Origin: Paraspadella gotoi
Taxonomy: Eukaryota; Animalia; Chaetognatha
Direction: 5' to 3'
Length of the DNA stretch: 64,000 nt
Assembly: GCA_051294375.1 (NCBI GenBank)
Contig: CM119264.1
Span: 18,851,948-18,915,947 of the forward strand
Part shown: positions 39,844-63,464 of the stretch, piece by piece
Layout: each line of letters opens with the position of its first letter
Numbering within the stretch: position 1 is the stretch's first letter
Translations under genes and position numbers: made by a program
The notes under the pieces: generated by a model
What the model was told of the DNA's origin: nothing
Database searches by the model: none
The model's input: only the letters and a program-made list of their open reading frames with translations

Positions 39844-40945
39844 CTCTATTCCTGTCTCTTCATTCTTTCTCCACCTCTCTCTTAATCAAAATCAGTAAAA
39901 TATATCTGACACGGCGAGTAATTAACTTATAGTATAAAATTTAAACGTAAATCCAATTCTGTTGATAGCCAATATAGCACGGTTAAAATAACATTAGGTA
40001 ATGACAGAACATATTTTAAATTAATAGCCGAATGAAATACGCGACAGACCATTTTACTCTAATTTAGCTTACGTCTCTCCCGTCGAGACCAGCCCCGATA
40101 TCCTTTTTTATAAAATGATAAAATTTGATTTACGAATCAAGATTAAAACTTTTTAATCCGTTAAATCGGCTACTAAGTTTGGAATTGATTATTGAGGGAA
40201 TATCGAACTTGGCCACCTACATCGAATCTAACCTTTTTTTTTTCGTTTAGATGACAAACCATTTATCTTTACTTTAATTAATATTCACGATTTTAAAAAT
40301 GCTAAAGGGGTTCGAGACAAAGAATTTAATTGATTTTCGGTTGAGGAAACATAATTAATTGCGACTTAAAAACGTGAAGTTGAAATTTTAACAACAAAAT
40401 TAATCATCTTCTCGGAGGGACGAAAAAGTACGATGTGAGAGAAGGTTATGGAACACCAGCTTAATTCATTTTTTCTTTCCTTAATAGATAAAAATCTACT
40501 TCGAAAGGAAAATTTTACCGAAATTTTTTTTCGTAACCCTCCTTTTTTTTGGTTTTTTTTTCATTCTTTGGCAAAACTGGTTATTAAAACAACTATTTCT
40601 TTCCGTTCTCTGGATTTTTTCAAGAACTCATACCATCCCAATGCCCATTAAAGCATGTTCGACCTGGATCAAAGTAAGAATTTAAAGAGAGTCGACGGTC
40701 AATCAAGCTTTTTCTCCCTTCAATGACGACCGCACGTCGCTAACCCGACACAAATACACTGTCATTCCGATGCAAGCAGTGGCAACGCAAGCTGGGCCTC
40801 GAATGGAAGAACAAATAATTAAAAGGACGTTAAAAAGCTCTGAGGGTTTTTGGGAATTATTTGCCCAAGAAAAAAAAATTGGGGAAACAGAATCTCGGAG
40901 ACGAGGGAAGGTTTCGACGACGAGAGGTAGATTAGGAAGACATGT

Positions 40946-41007
<62 letters not shown>

Positions 41008-41888
41008 CTCTTTGACCGAAAACTCGGTTTAATTTATTTTATTTTAAATTAAAGTTTCGAAAAATGATGGAGTGTTCGTTAAATTTGACAATTTTTTCAT
41101 CAGATGAAATTTTTTAAAGTTCTAATGAGTAACAGGTCCTGTGAAACGTCGAATAATTAAATACGTCTTATGACGTTTCTGCTTTTAAAATTCATCATTA
41201 GAATCACCAAATTTAACTGACCTCAGGATCTTGGCACTAAATTAGATATAAAATTATAATCATTCAGTTTCTAATATCTTTAAAAACGCAAATCTTTTTG
41301 TCAATTATTACCAAGTATTAGAATATCCCTCTACTCAATGAATATGAAATCGTTGGGAATTTTAACATCGCTTGTAACGAGGATCCCAACGCCTCGAATT
41401 CCCAAAATGTCAGACGAGGAAAACAAAAAAAATATTTAGACGACAAAAGGAAGAAACTATTCGTGGCAATTTCCATCCGCAGATTCGATGGAGAAAAGTT
41501 TTTTTAACTCGGAATGATATTTTGAGAGAGAGAAAGACAGAGAAAGAGAGACAGGGGGGGAGAGAGAGAGAAAGTTGGAAATTATGATGCTCGAAATCGA
41601 AGTTAACTTTTTGTCCTTTCTTTTCAGTCATCGCTCTCAGAAAACTAACAAATTATACATTAAATTATTTTCGACATTTCAGTATCCGCGTAGCCATTAT
41701 CGTCGTCCGAGACGTAACATCGATAAAAAGACGGCCAATCAGACACTGCATTTTTATCCGTCCAATCAGATCTTGCGTCTCTGCTCCGGTGCCAGAGTGA
41801 CGTCAAGCATCGACGCCTTCGTCATTAATCAAAAGAGAAAAGCAAAGAAGAAAAGAGGAGAAAAAAATCGTCGATGAAGATGGGAACG

Positions 41889-42003
<115 letters not shown>

Positions 42004-42796
42004 CCCTCCCGCAGTTGGAACCAGAACCGCTCGTTATAACCTAAAAAATGAAGCGGGTTTTTGTGTGGGAGGTCATGTGCCGGAGCCGTCCGGAGTATTA
42101 CGGGGACCCGGGTCTGACAGGTCTGAGACGGAAAATTGATGGATGGACCGATTGATTGATTGATTTCGTCCCTCGTCGTGTTTGAGTTGTCGAGGCGTGG
42201 GCTTAATGAGTGGCACGAAAAAATGAGACAGAGGGAGATTGAGAGAGAGAAAGAGGTATTCGCGGTTTGTCCTATTTGCTAGAAAATAGATCAACAGTGG
42301 GTCTTCATTTGTAAAAATGTAAGTTGTAAGTTGTACGATATTGTATTTATGTACTTTTCTATTCTTTCAATCGTAATGACAAAACAGATAAACTTCAAAT
42401 AAATAAACTTAGCTAAATAGTATTTAAATATGATTGGATTTCAAATGATTTTGGAAACAACTTCAACTTCAATTCAGTTTCTTAAAACTCAAATTTCAGG
42501 ATAAAATTGTTTTTTCTTGTGGACTTCAATTCGTTTTGTCAGTTGTCCCTAAAAATGAAGAAGCGCTCAGATTTGGCGTGGATTGATGAGATCGCCTCGA
42601 CCTTGTTTCTTGGGTGGCACGAGGTAAACCAATTTTCCGAAACACGAAATCCACGAGTTTTATTTTCATGGGCAACAAAAGCTCGCTCAATGTCAAATAC
42701 AAAAAGAAAAACCAAACTAATTACTAATTTAGATTTCAATTCCAGCAGTTAGAGTCAATTATAACAATTAACTCACCATAACCCACCATAGCCCAT

Positions 42797-42916
42797 CAGG
42801 AGCAAGATAGCTTATTTCATGAATGAATAGTTTTTTTGATCTGTTGTACTAGGTAATTCATAAACTCCTAGTTAATTGTAGCAAGATGACGAATTCAATT
42901 CAATCTTTTGCTCCTG
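42797..42916. mobile_element. Short MITE-like repeat, with an inverted relative at ~46860-46941
   Basis: Terminal inverted repeat CAGGAGCAA..TTGCTCCTG. The sequence tcaggagcaagatagcttattt matches the reverse complement of aaataagctatcttgcccctga in a stathmin-gene intron. Confidence 0.5.
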
Positions 42917-45355
42917 GGGTCTGGATAATCAAATCTTCAGGGTCGTAATAATTGATGCGACGAGGGCGTATATAAACATGGGATTATCACGGCTTTTTTA
43001 AAAAGCGTTCTCGTGCCAGAGGAAGGCGTCCGGTCGTCAAACGCGAAAGTTCTGATTTTGGGACGTCTACATCGATGTCGCGCCTCTGGGAAAAAATGTT
43101 AAATAATCAAAATCGTGTCTCCAATGACTTGATTGATTAATTGATTGTTTTAAATCGTGACTCCAATGGACCACTGATTGCGTCGATGTTTCCAGTTCCA
43201 GGATGACAAAATTATGATATGATTACTATTGTGTTTAGCAAACGTCATTTTACCACCTTTTTTATTTTTCGTGCAGAAAGGACCCTTGAGGCAATGGAGT
43301 TTTTACGAGAGAGAACGGAGAACCAAGTACGACAGAGGACGAAGGAAGGAGAGGAAGGAAAGAAATTAGGCCGAAATAACGTAAAAGCGAAAAAAAAGCA
43401 GAGAGGAAAGAGCTGAGAGAGATAGGAAAGAGTAGATATCAGGAGAGAGCTCCATTGGCTAGACTGAAGAGAATGGCGAAAGATCAGTTGAGACCGGACA
43501 ACATGCAAACGAAAAGAGAATACTGAATACGTAAACACGGGAGGAGACAGGAAGGCGGAAATAAATAAAGGGTAGAGGAATTTGATGAGCAGGTAAAGGC
43601 AATGGCATATAGGAATTGGGAAAGCTACCAGAATCCCATCCGGTGGAGCCCAAAAGACGGACCTCGGCTAATGGGAACATCGAGAATAAGACCCATAGAG
43701 CAAAGAGCAACTAGAAGACAGAGCAAGCTGCCATCGCTATTTCAAAAGAGTCCATAATTGTACAATGCATATTGCATAACCTTTAAATTATTAATTAATT
43801 TCAGCGTCTTAAATCTCCTAGGATCTCCTATTTCACTCGGTTTTCCATTCCGTTATTCGCTCTTTCATAAAAGTCCAGTCTTACAAGGATGCTGCTCGCG
43901 GCGATGTTTGAGATTGAAATTTTGACTAAAGTGGGCGAAATATATAACAATCTTTTAAATATAAAATCTCAAAGAATATGATTTACAGATTACCAGAAGA
44001 CTTCTTTACACCTGGGTTTTATGTCAAAGATTCTTGAAGGAGGATTTTTTTTTCTCCAGATTTTTATTTTCCGTTTCTTTGTTCCCGATAGATTTTTTTG
44101 TCATTTCCCGCTGAGTCGTTTGATAAAGAAGGGAGATATGGCAATATTTTTCGGTCTACTTCATTCTCAGACTCGGTCCATTGATCCACCAGCATAAATG
44201 AAACAGGAAGAGAAATATTTTGTTCGATATACAACTCACCACTCACTCATGAGTAGTACAACTAGATTAATCGACCTACCTTGGCAAGTAGAACCGACTG
44301 AAAAATTTTGAAAATTTAATCCGAGCAGTAAAAGAATTATATATGTATGTAATTTTATTCGAATACAACAAGGTTGATTCAGTACAATCATCATCAACAG
44401 ACAAACATAGACTAAGTCTGAGCAAACGAAAAACATAATAAAATAGAGAGAAAAAAAACAAAAACAGTTAATTAAAAAAAATAATTAATTTAAAATTGTT
44501 CTTATGTTGTAAAAAACGGAACAAGTTTCTGATGAACAGTATTTTTCATTGTATAGATCTTTGAGATAAAGGTTTTTTATTATTAGAATTATAAATTATT
44601 CTATTATCTTACACTCAAACTGTGAAATGGTAAAAGACAAATATTGTCTAAACCTTGCAATTTTGATTTCCTGAAGTTGGCTATCGGACTCTCTCTCTCT
44701 TCCTGTCTCTCCGTCTCTCTTTCTTCCTGTTTCTCCTTCTCTCTCAATATTTCTCTTCTTTCTCTTTCTCCGTTCTCCAACTTGAGGGACGCGTGGAAAA
44801 TCCTAAAAACCGTTTATCAATGTCGTTGTTGCGATGTTGTTTCATTTATCTTGGACGATATCGGGGGAGAATCTCGACCCATGCCAGCGTGTTATGCATG
44901 AGATGGAAACGAGGTATGCATTAAAATGGTTCTGCTATGGAAATATAACTTCCTATCAGCGTTTCTTTCGATAAACATAAATAAAAAATTATTGATACGG
45001 TATATGTATTGTGTAAGTTAATGTAAATAGTGCGTGTGTAATAATTTCAAAGCTAATCTGAGAATCTAAAAAATGATGCCTTATTGCAACTCTTTTATAT
45101 CCTAATTTCTCAATTTTCGGTTTCTCTGTCGCCGATTTCGATTTGTATTCGGAAAGGAACATCTTGAGCTCGCTATCTCCATCGAACTTAAGAAGGATCA
45201 TTTTTCAAGGGTTTTGCTTGGAACTGAGATATCAAATGGGTCGCGAAGATTGGATGTTCGAACACTCGGTCAACTCGAATAAAGATCTCGAAAGGGAACC
45301 GGTGGCGTAGTTAGCGTTGATACCGAATATTCTCTGCGTAGGATATGGCGGAAGA

Positions 45356-47547
45356 ATGTTTAAATTCGCAGCCAAAACAAATTTGATAAACTCAGAAGAA
45401 CTCGAAGAGGCAGAGTCCGGACCCCGAAGCCCCTGCGCGCGAGGGTGCCCGTGCTTTCGTTTTCTTCGCTTGCTCCCTCTCGGAAACAGAGTCCTGCCGA
45501 CGAACCCGCCTGAAATCGAAGATCCTCCCATTGACGAAGAGGCGTGAGCGTTTTGAATGATACTTATTTTTAGATATATCTTATATTTTTGGATCAAATT
45601 GGTTTTCGAAAGTTGCCACTAACGTAAATTTTAAAAGTGCCGTTTTGTTTTATTTTAATCACAAAACATTACATCAAAACTAAAGGTGTCAGTGTAATTC
45701 ATAGTATTGCCGTGAAATGAAAAAAAGAGCAACGTTTTCTTGTAGTAGTCGGGTAGTCTCGTACTTAAAAAAAATTGTAAAAATAAGTAACAGTAACTAT
45801 AAATATATATGCATAAAATTCTATAAACAAAAATAAGATTCCAGGTTCTTTCTTTTAGCATTTGCGTTGGCCAAGCGGTGATACAGTTGCCCGAAATTTC
45901 GGCAGTAATGGAAAGAACGCCCAAATCGCGGCCTACGTCGGCTGCACTTCAACAGTCGAGAAGCAGCGTCACTCTCAGCGAATTGATCGACGCTGAGGAG
46001 CGAGAACGCATTAGAATTAGTTAAGTTAAGATAAAGTTCGGAGTGAGAGGGTGCCATGCTGTCACTCCTCAATGTAAGCTATACTATACAAGACATGTAA
46101 AGCTTCACTCTTGGTCCGGCATTCCTTAAGGCCTCAAACTCGAGTGTTAAATCGAAATCCGAAACCGGAAGAAATCGCGAATTTGCCGCTGATCGTTTCT
46201 AAGTCCGACCACGATGTGAGAAGCAAAAGCTTGGAGCCCTCCAGGTCCTTCATATTAGACTTAAGTTGGACAATTACGGCGGAAAAAGCAAAAAGGATTC
46301 ATAAATAAGATAAAGATGATTATACAAATTTTAGTTTCAATATACGCAATTCTAAAGCCTTTCCTCCGGTTTAACAGCTCGCGTTATGGTCATAAGTTGG
46401 TCCTTCCCGCTTTGCCAAAAATTCGAAGGGGTGTTGGAAAAAACAAATCGCTAAGTCAGGTGTCAAATTTGAGATGCCCTTTGCCATGGAGCATATATTT
46501 ATTTCTTTTATTTATTTTTTTCTCGAGTAGCTCGATGCCGGTTCTGGAGACAATGGAGGTGAAAGTTTGGTTTCGTTCTCGCTCCCTGCCGTTCACAAGG
46601 CGACGACCCCCTTACCTTCGATTGATTCTGGCTTTGGTAAGTTTTTATTGAGCTTGCCGGCGAAGCCGGTCCAGGCTCGATATTGTATCGGGTGAGCTTC
46701 TTTGTTGATTAGTAAAAAGGGAATTTAATTTTTTATATATCACAACTCTTAGTCCTGCGGAAAGGTGGATTAGCCTATGACCTAATATTGCCACGAAAGG
46801 ATTCGCTTCCGCCAATAGTCAAACAAGCTGCTGAACGGGCTCAGGGTGAGGAGAGCTCCCTTGACTAAATCTTTTATGAAATTGGTACAACCAATATAAA
46901 AATTATCCATTTATTTAATAAATAAGCTATCTTGCCCCTGACTTTGGACACTGGACAGGCTTTATTGGTTTAAGGCCTCCATTACTCTTACAAGATAATG
47001 ACATAGCAGGTCCCTGCAAACTTTCAATCAAGACTTTCTCGCAGTCTTGTTTATTTTTTCCCAGAGTACCTGGCTTCCCTATCAATCAAGTGGTAAAATA
47101 TTTCAAAGAATGTTTCAATTGTAAGAAAAGACAACTCCCTTAAATATTAGATCGGGGAATACTGTAATATACTCCGCACTAGCTGAATTTTATTTTATTT
47201 TATTTTAAAATCTTTTATTTTTTACTTCAGAAAGGAAACTGAACTCGGAAAATTTGCCAAAGAAATTAGAGAGGGCGGAAAAACGTCGTCACGCGAGACA
47301 AGTGCTTAGGCAAATTACAAAATTTATCATTAAAAAAGAAAGCAAAATCAGGCTTTACTATAAGCAGGAGTTGTTGCTGTCTTCAAATGAACGACATTGG
47401 ACAATGCGGTACAACGCTGTCGATCAAAAAAAAGAGCAACGAAGTGAAAATTTCAATGATATCTCCAAAAACATTGCTGCAAAGATGAAGCGAGCGGCTG
47501 AAAAACGCCAAGAACAACTAGAGCTTAAGCAAATTGCGTCCAGGTAA
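45356..47547 (+). CDS. Stathmin-domain protein (STMND1-like); approximate exons 45356-45543, 45859-46019, 46131-46244, 46378-46459, 46531-46636, 46753-46845, 47231-47547
   Basis: The spliced translation gives VLRKGGLAYDLILP...ERKLNSENLPKKLERAEKRRH, matching the stathmin pattern G.AFELIL...EEIQKKLEAAEERRK, followed by a coiled coil (AKMKRAAEKRQEQLE). Phases are consistent except at the exon 2/3 junction. Confidence 0.7.
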
Positions 47548-48274
47548 GTGACCAAGAAAAAAAATTCAAATAGAAGAGTGATCGAGATCACCACAAATTT
47601 GTTCGTCCTCCCGAGAAAAATTATTGTTCTAACGAAGGCGTCGACTAGAACGTGTACGTAGTGTTCGTCGCAAGTCAGAAACTTCGTTAGGGAGAGTGGG
47701 AACTGAGGAGATGAGTAATGAAGACATCTGGAACTTTTTGGTAAAGAAAGAGATGGACGAATCGGGGAGAAATATTCCCTGGTGGGAAAGGAATGAAGCT
47801 CACGACGGAGATATGACAGGGCGTTGAATACTGGAGTCTAGAGATGAGGTGAGAACACTAGATACCATCCGCTGCCAAATCGTGATAAGAAATTCGGTTA
47901 TTGGCCTTTGCAGATTCGTCAATGCACTAACTACTGTGAAATCGTAAAGCATCATTTCTTCTCTAACAAAATCTAAAAAGTTTGTTTTTATATAGAACTG
48001 AATTAGATCTATTAAAACAAGCCTTAATTAAAATATCTACTTTTTGTTTTACATCGAGAACCTTTAACTAAATTAATAAAATTAAAATAAAACCATTTAA
48101 TTTACCCAGAAATCCAACAAAAATCAGAATTTAAAAAATCTTCAAAGCAATAGGATCGTCGCAATCGCATAAGAAAAATCTGGATTGACGACAAATTTTG
48201 ATACTAAAAAAAATCAAATTTGAGAAAAGAAAATTAATTTATAAACAGAAAGAAAAAGAAGAAAAGAATAAATA

Positions 48275-48452
48275 TAAAGAAAGAATAGAAAGAAAAGAAA
48301 GAATAGAAAGAAAAGAAAGAATAGAAAGGAAAGAAAGAATAGAAAGGAAAGAAAGAATAGAAAAGAAAGAAAGAATAGAAAGGAAAGAAATTATAGAAAG
48401 GAAAGAAGGAATAGAAAGGAAAGATATAATAGAAAGGAAAGAATAGAAAGGA
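48275..48452. repeat. 18-bp purine minisatellite (AGAAAGAATAGAAAG(A/G)AA)
   Basis: About ten tandem units. They produce the spurious (ERKERI)n ORF. Confidence 0.9.
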
Positions 48453-48518
48453 AAGAAAGATAAAAAATAAAAAATAAAGACAGTGACGAGAAGAAAGAAC
48501 GAAATAAAAACCCGATGT

Positions 48519-48581
<63 letters not shown>

Positions 48582-48680
48582 GCCAAATCGTTTTCGGACG
48601 AATCTGCAGAATCAGCAGGAGAAAACTTTTTCATTGACAAATAAAATGATCAGCAGAGCAGAACCTGAAAAAAAAAATAG

Positions 48681-48712
<32 letters not shown>

Positions 48713-48841
48713 CGAGGCCAAATCGTTTTCGGTCGAATCAGCAGCGGCAGCAGCAGAGGCAGCAAGAAAAAAAAAGAAATCAAAAGGCAGCAGCAGAAGC
48801 AGCAGGAGAAAAGAGAGATAAAGATAGAGCCCCTGCAGAGT

Positions 48842-49146
48842 CAGCTGCAGGGGAAAAGAGAGAGAGATAGATACGTAGATAGATACATATAATTAAAAGA
48901 GAAAAGAGAGAGAGAAGGAGACATAAAAATAAAATGAGGAAATTTGTTTGTTTTGATAAAATGTAAACAAAACATATTTAATAACTGTCCTCACCCAATT
49001 TCAAGGACCTCGATGATGAGAAGCTGTATATAAATTTTCAGCTTCATACACCCAAATTTATTCATGAAAAAGGCGATCTATAATTTGGACCGCCGACGAC
49101 AACAACGACGACGATGACGACGCCACTTATGTGCAAAACCACAGCA
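48842..49146 (+). repeat. Interspersed repeat, copy 2
   Basis: Colinear with 3710-3975. Confidence 0.8.
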
Positions 49147-49434
49147 AAAGATCCGCTTTGGAAACCCTCGTCACAAGGAATTAAGTCGTTGATTTAATTT
49201 AATTAATTTTCTAATAACTACTTAAACAGTCAATAACAAAGGCAAAAAGAGTTCTACGTTTCATCAAAGTATTATAAATATTCAAAACAATAATAAAAGG
49301 ACGATATAATTGAAGTAGATTTAACGAGGATAAAATGTAGTCAATAACGATACATTGGCTTGAGATTCGAATGATAGAAACTTCACAATATAAGGAGAAG
49401 AAAAGGTCAGCCGACGACGACGACGACTGAGGAT

Positions 49435-52096
49435 TCACGGTAGTTCGGTAAAAGGATTCTTTGTGTCTGAGGTGATCTTGATGACCGAGGTCAACTCGAG
49501 TCGCCAGACATCCCCCCCAAGACCGTCGCCGGAAGAAGGCGTGTCTGATCTGGAACGGAGAGGCTCATCCATTTCGTTGTCATCAGGAGGGCGAAGGGAG
49601 TCGGGCAGACCGCTACCTTTTTACTTTTTTTTTACAGTTTATTAATATTTGGATTTTTTTTCTATTAGGTTTTCAGTTTTCAGATTTGTCATATGTCCCT
49701 TATAAGAGCGCTAATGAAGATCTTTTTTACGATCTTTCTGTAAGATAAATCAAAAGCACGAGTATAGGTTTTTCCAAAAAAATGCTTCAAATGCTGGAGT
49801 TGCTGCTGCACTGCACTTCGATACCCCATGATACCCGAAGTAGACAAAAACCTGTCTATCAGTCAAATAAAAAAATTTCTGCATAAAACTGTCCTCTTGA
49901 TGGACTTTGAAATTTTTTTATGTACTTAGGACAAAGCTGAATTACGGTTTTTAGTTGCGCCGCGAGCACTCGCGGAGCAACTCTTTAAGTCACTTTCGGT
50001 CGGTCCGTCGGAATGTCTGTCCGTCGGTTTGTCCCACTTACGTTAAAAATGCATATATAAATTTGCTTATAGTTGGTTGCTCTTTTGTTATATACGAAGT
50101 ATATAACATAATTTATTTATTCAATAAAAAGTATACAAACATGGGTAAAACATTCTCAATATTTGGTATGCCCTTTCTTGGCATCGACTACTGCCTGCAT
50201 TCGTTTGGGCATGTTCTCATACAGCAAATTGAGGTATGACATTAAAATGTTTTTCCACATCTTTAACGCAATTCTTTTCAGACCTAATATTGATGTTGCA
50301 TATCTTTCCCTCTTTTCTAAAAGGTAAAATAGTAATTTTGAACCAAAAAGAGATGCAAGGCCTTTAGCATCGCCAAATTAAAAAAAAAATTAATTATTCA
50401 AAATAAAAACAAATAATTAAATACTAAAAATGTAATTTTTTTAACCATTTTTCATTTGAAGTAACAATATTTTTGGCTTGTAACTTCTAAACGATTTGAC
50501 CTACAAAAAAATGAAAGGAAGCGGCTTAAAAAAAATTAAATGTAGATCTGAAAACATTTTAATTTTTTTAAAATCAAACAAGTTTTTGAATAGATTATTA
50601 AAAATGTTATATACTTTTTTCCTAGATAGTAAAATAAATTTAAAACAGTTTTTTGAACAAATAATATAAAATATGCAAAAATATCTTTTTTTTCAAGTAA
50701 CAAACAATGAAGAAATAAAAAAAATTATATTAATGCGTAAACTGAGACAATATTATAAAGAAAACAAAATTTAATAAATTAACAAACTATCAACCAGTGG
50801 TAGTTAAGGTTGGTTGCGGTCGTCGAATAGTAAAGTTCCCCTAACTCTTTATGTAAATGTATCAGCGAGTAGTGATTTTCTCAAAAATTCTAGTTCAGCT
50901 GGAGATCTGGGTAAATATTTTTTTTTATCCTTACTGCCAACTGGTAATATTTTTTTCTATAGCTGTCAAGACTGACTTTAGCTTGTCCTTGGGGACAACG
51001 AATCTAAATCATACTAAAAACTTAGACCAAAATTAAATAAAGAGTAAGATTACTTTTGGTTCTGTTATGCCAATTTCATTAATATAATATCTTTTTTTAA
51101 TTAACAAAAAATGAAGAAATAAAAAATAATATTAATGTGCAAAATATATATATTAATGTGCAAACTGAAACGACATTTAAAGAAAACAAAATTTAATAAA
51201 TTAACAAACTACCGACCACCAGCAGTGGTAGCTAAGGTTGGTTTTGGTCGTCGAATAATAAAGTTACCCCAAGTTAGGGCCTAACTCTGATTTTCCCAAA
51301 AATTTTGTTTCTGGGTAAATGCCATTTCTTTTATCCTTACTGCCAACAACGGGAATATTTTGCTTATGCTTTGGGACAACGAATCTAAATCATACTCGAA
51401 ACAGACCGAAATTAAACTGAGACAACTTCTGGTTCTGCTAATGCCAATTTCACTATTAGACACTAATACAATAAAACTCTTTTCATGACTTTTGTTTTTT
51501 TTTTTCTTTTAATAATATTGTGCGATGACAATTAGTTTTTCTACTTGGCCCTGATCGAAATAAGCGGCTGCTCGACGTGTCCCCCTTGATTCCTCATCAT
51601 TGGTACCTCGCTGTCTGTTGCGGTCTCGATTTTTAATGAAATTTTTTATTATTAAATCATCAAGAAATACCAGTTAAAATATAATTATCAGTAACAAATT
51701 AAGATTATTTTATGCTTCGTAAGAAGATTCTGATATAATAAATATTTACATTTTGCGACGTAAATTTTATTTCACAAGTGTAACCTCATGGTTAAAATGG
51801 TATGATTTGATACAAATTAATAATTGCAAAGAATGTGACAATTAATTATAGACTTTGCTTTAATTAGAAAGCATTGCATCTTCAATTTTATTGTTGAAGG
51901 TATTAGTGAAAAGTATTACATATCTATAAAATTGACACATATCACATCTTTAAGTGATACGTCAAATCTATGAACGATTTCGCTCAACAAATAATGTTAA
52001 TTCAAGTTACGTTTGATTTGTTATTGTGACATATATGATTATTTAAACTGAAAGAGGTTAACCTTAATAAAATCAAGTGTTACCTTTAGACGCCAT
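49435..52096 (-). CDS. Tentative ~118-aa orphan protein divergent from KDM5; exons 52096-52084, 51614-51545, 49851-49760, 49616-49435
   Basis: ATGGCGTCTAAAG|GTAAC is followed by three GC-richer islands that join in phase (1,2,1) without stops and end ..SDTKNPFTELP*. Splice sites are weak and no domain was recognised. Confidence 0.4.
49948..50070 (+). mobile_element. Helentron/HINE-like 5' end
   Basis: TTTTTAGTTGC..GCAACT terminal hairpin followed by (GTCG/GTCC) microrepeats. Related to 670-830. Confidence 0.5.
50699..51460. repeat. Diverged ~400-bp tandem duplication (~50699-51090 and ~51103-51460)
   Basis: Shared blocks aatgaagaaataaaaaa, aagaaaacaaaatttaataaattaacaaacta, ttatccttactgccaac, ggacaacgaatctaaatcatact and atgccaatttca occur twice in the same order. 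Confidence 0.85.
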
Positions 52097-52290
52097 ATTG
52101 TCTTTATGTTGAACCATTTATTTACTTTTCATTTGTTTTTTAGTCGTGGTGAGTTACTATGGATTGTGAAGCTGAAAATATCATTAATAGTGGTAATTTT
52201 CTGAGGATGCGTTACTTAAGACCACAAAAAACTTAATAATAACTTAGTATGGACTCTAATTACCGTCTTTGGACGTAGCCGAACTCGAAA

Positions 52291-61603
<9,313 letters not shown>

Positions 61604-63464
61604 GCCTCCCCCGTTCGTCTTCCGCGTTTCTCTACTCTTTCCTCATTCCCTTCCACTGTAAGTATACTGAGCTGCTGGACCCCTCTACAAATCCGTTGGT
61701 GGGCTTCCTTGTCAGCCGCCAACCCCACTTTTCTTCACTGGATAAGCTGGCAAAATATATTATTAGTCAGGCCCCATAAAAGATTCTAAAGCGGGCCTGG
61801 TTCTCTTTTAAGGTTCTTTATTAGTTGAGACTTGAGAGGCTTTTTCCCCCTTTTTTATTTTTTTAAATTAATATTTTTTTTGGCACTTTTTTTCCTTTTT
61901 ACTAAAATATTATTTTCCTTTTTTTTCCTCCTTGAACATACGATATATGATTTTTTTTTCTCTCGTTCCCACCACCCTATTTTTTTTCACTTTTTTTTTT
62001 TCTTCTCCGTGCGTATCAATACGTCCATACCTCCCCAACATAGCCGAGGTCGCGGGTCAAGGGTCCTTTACTCTCCTTTCCCGCCTCTCCCCCGTTTTCT
62101 CCATTCGCTGCTTCCTCCAGATTCATACACCTCGGTCCTCCGTATCAGCGGCGGGGGAAAAGTCTCATCATTGTTCCCGATCATGAAATATGCGTTGCGA
62201 GGTCGCTCTTCTTTTCTTTGAGTCTCATACGTCAATCATTTCGTCGAAGTCATATTTTTATTTTCTTTTGTGACTAATGAATTTTAAAAGAATCGCAGAT
62301 AACGGCATCTTATGATTTGTGTATTTATATCTCTGAAGCGACCGTGGGGCAAGGAGGCGAAATATTATCGGTTAAAATTTCCAAATTAAAAAAAGCGATT
62401 GCAATTGTTAAATAGCTCCCCGCTAAATTTTTATTGATACACGATCTGTGCAGTTTATTGTGAACCGAAAACGTTTTTATCTTTATTTTTTTTTTTTTTT
62501 AGTTTGCACTGAATGAATCCATTGTATTATTTTGTTTGCAATCCTATTTCCAAATAAACCTATACGTTGCAAAACAAACGGTTCGTTAATTTTAATAACT
62601 TCAACTTGGGTAAAATGGCCCATGAATCAGGACTACTTGTATTTATCGACCGAAAGAAGCAATGATTAGGGTTAGAGATTAGTTTAGGGATTAGGTTAAA
62701 AGTTACGGTTTAAAATAAGGTTTAATGTTAAACATTATATATTACAGAATTTTCAATGATAAAAAGATATGAATTTGCCTCGCCTAACTAATTACTAATC
62801 TCCTAGACTTACTAGTTGTTCAGTTCTGCTCTTTGGACAAATAACTAAATAAGTTCTCCCATTGAATTATTATTATATTACACGGAGATCAAGCTCTAAT
62901 GGGACTAACTTCAAGGGCTTACAACATAAAAACGGTTTATGATAGAAGGAAAAAGGGAATATATCCATGTAAAAATTTTTTTGAACCGTTCCTTTAAAAA
63001 ATTTTGATGGTTATGGACTTTTGGATTTTCTGACAGTAACAATAGTGATAGAAATGACAGCATTCCTAACCGGCGCGGTCGGAAAAGCATATGCCGCGAT
63101 CTTGGACGAGAGGCAAAGGTCATGATTGCCGAAGGTTAATTTTTTTTAATAGATTGGGTTGTTATTGTTATTACAATTTTTTACAAAAGGACCAATTTTT
63201 AAACAATTTTTCAGTTTTAACTGGTCCAAACGATTTTTTTAATTTAGTCTCTAAAGAGCTGGACCTCCCTGTATGTGTATATTGAATTATATTTAATCAG
63301 TTCTGAGAGACTTCTGGAATCTTGCTGATAAAAGCATTATCGAAGCTGTAAAGAGAGAGCAAGCAAATTTTAAAGGACGTTCCCTTTAATTGTTTATTAC
63401 ATTAAATCACTGATAATTAGTTATAAAGATCGAAAGACTTTATGATCGCGTCAACTGCAATTCC

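Noticed and set aside
41119-41154. Hammerhead-like CUAAUGA..ACAG/CUGU-GAAACGUC
   Set aside because: The essential core G is replaced and the spacing is irregular. At best a dead remnant.
62660-62730. TTAGG-like telomeric repeats (also ~14675)
   Set aside because: Highly degenerate and short, typical of repeat debris.
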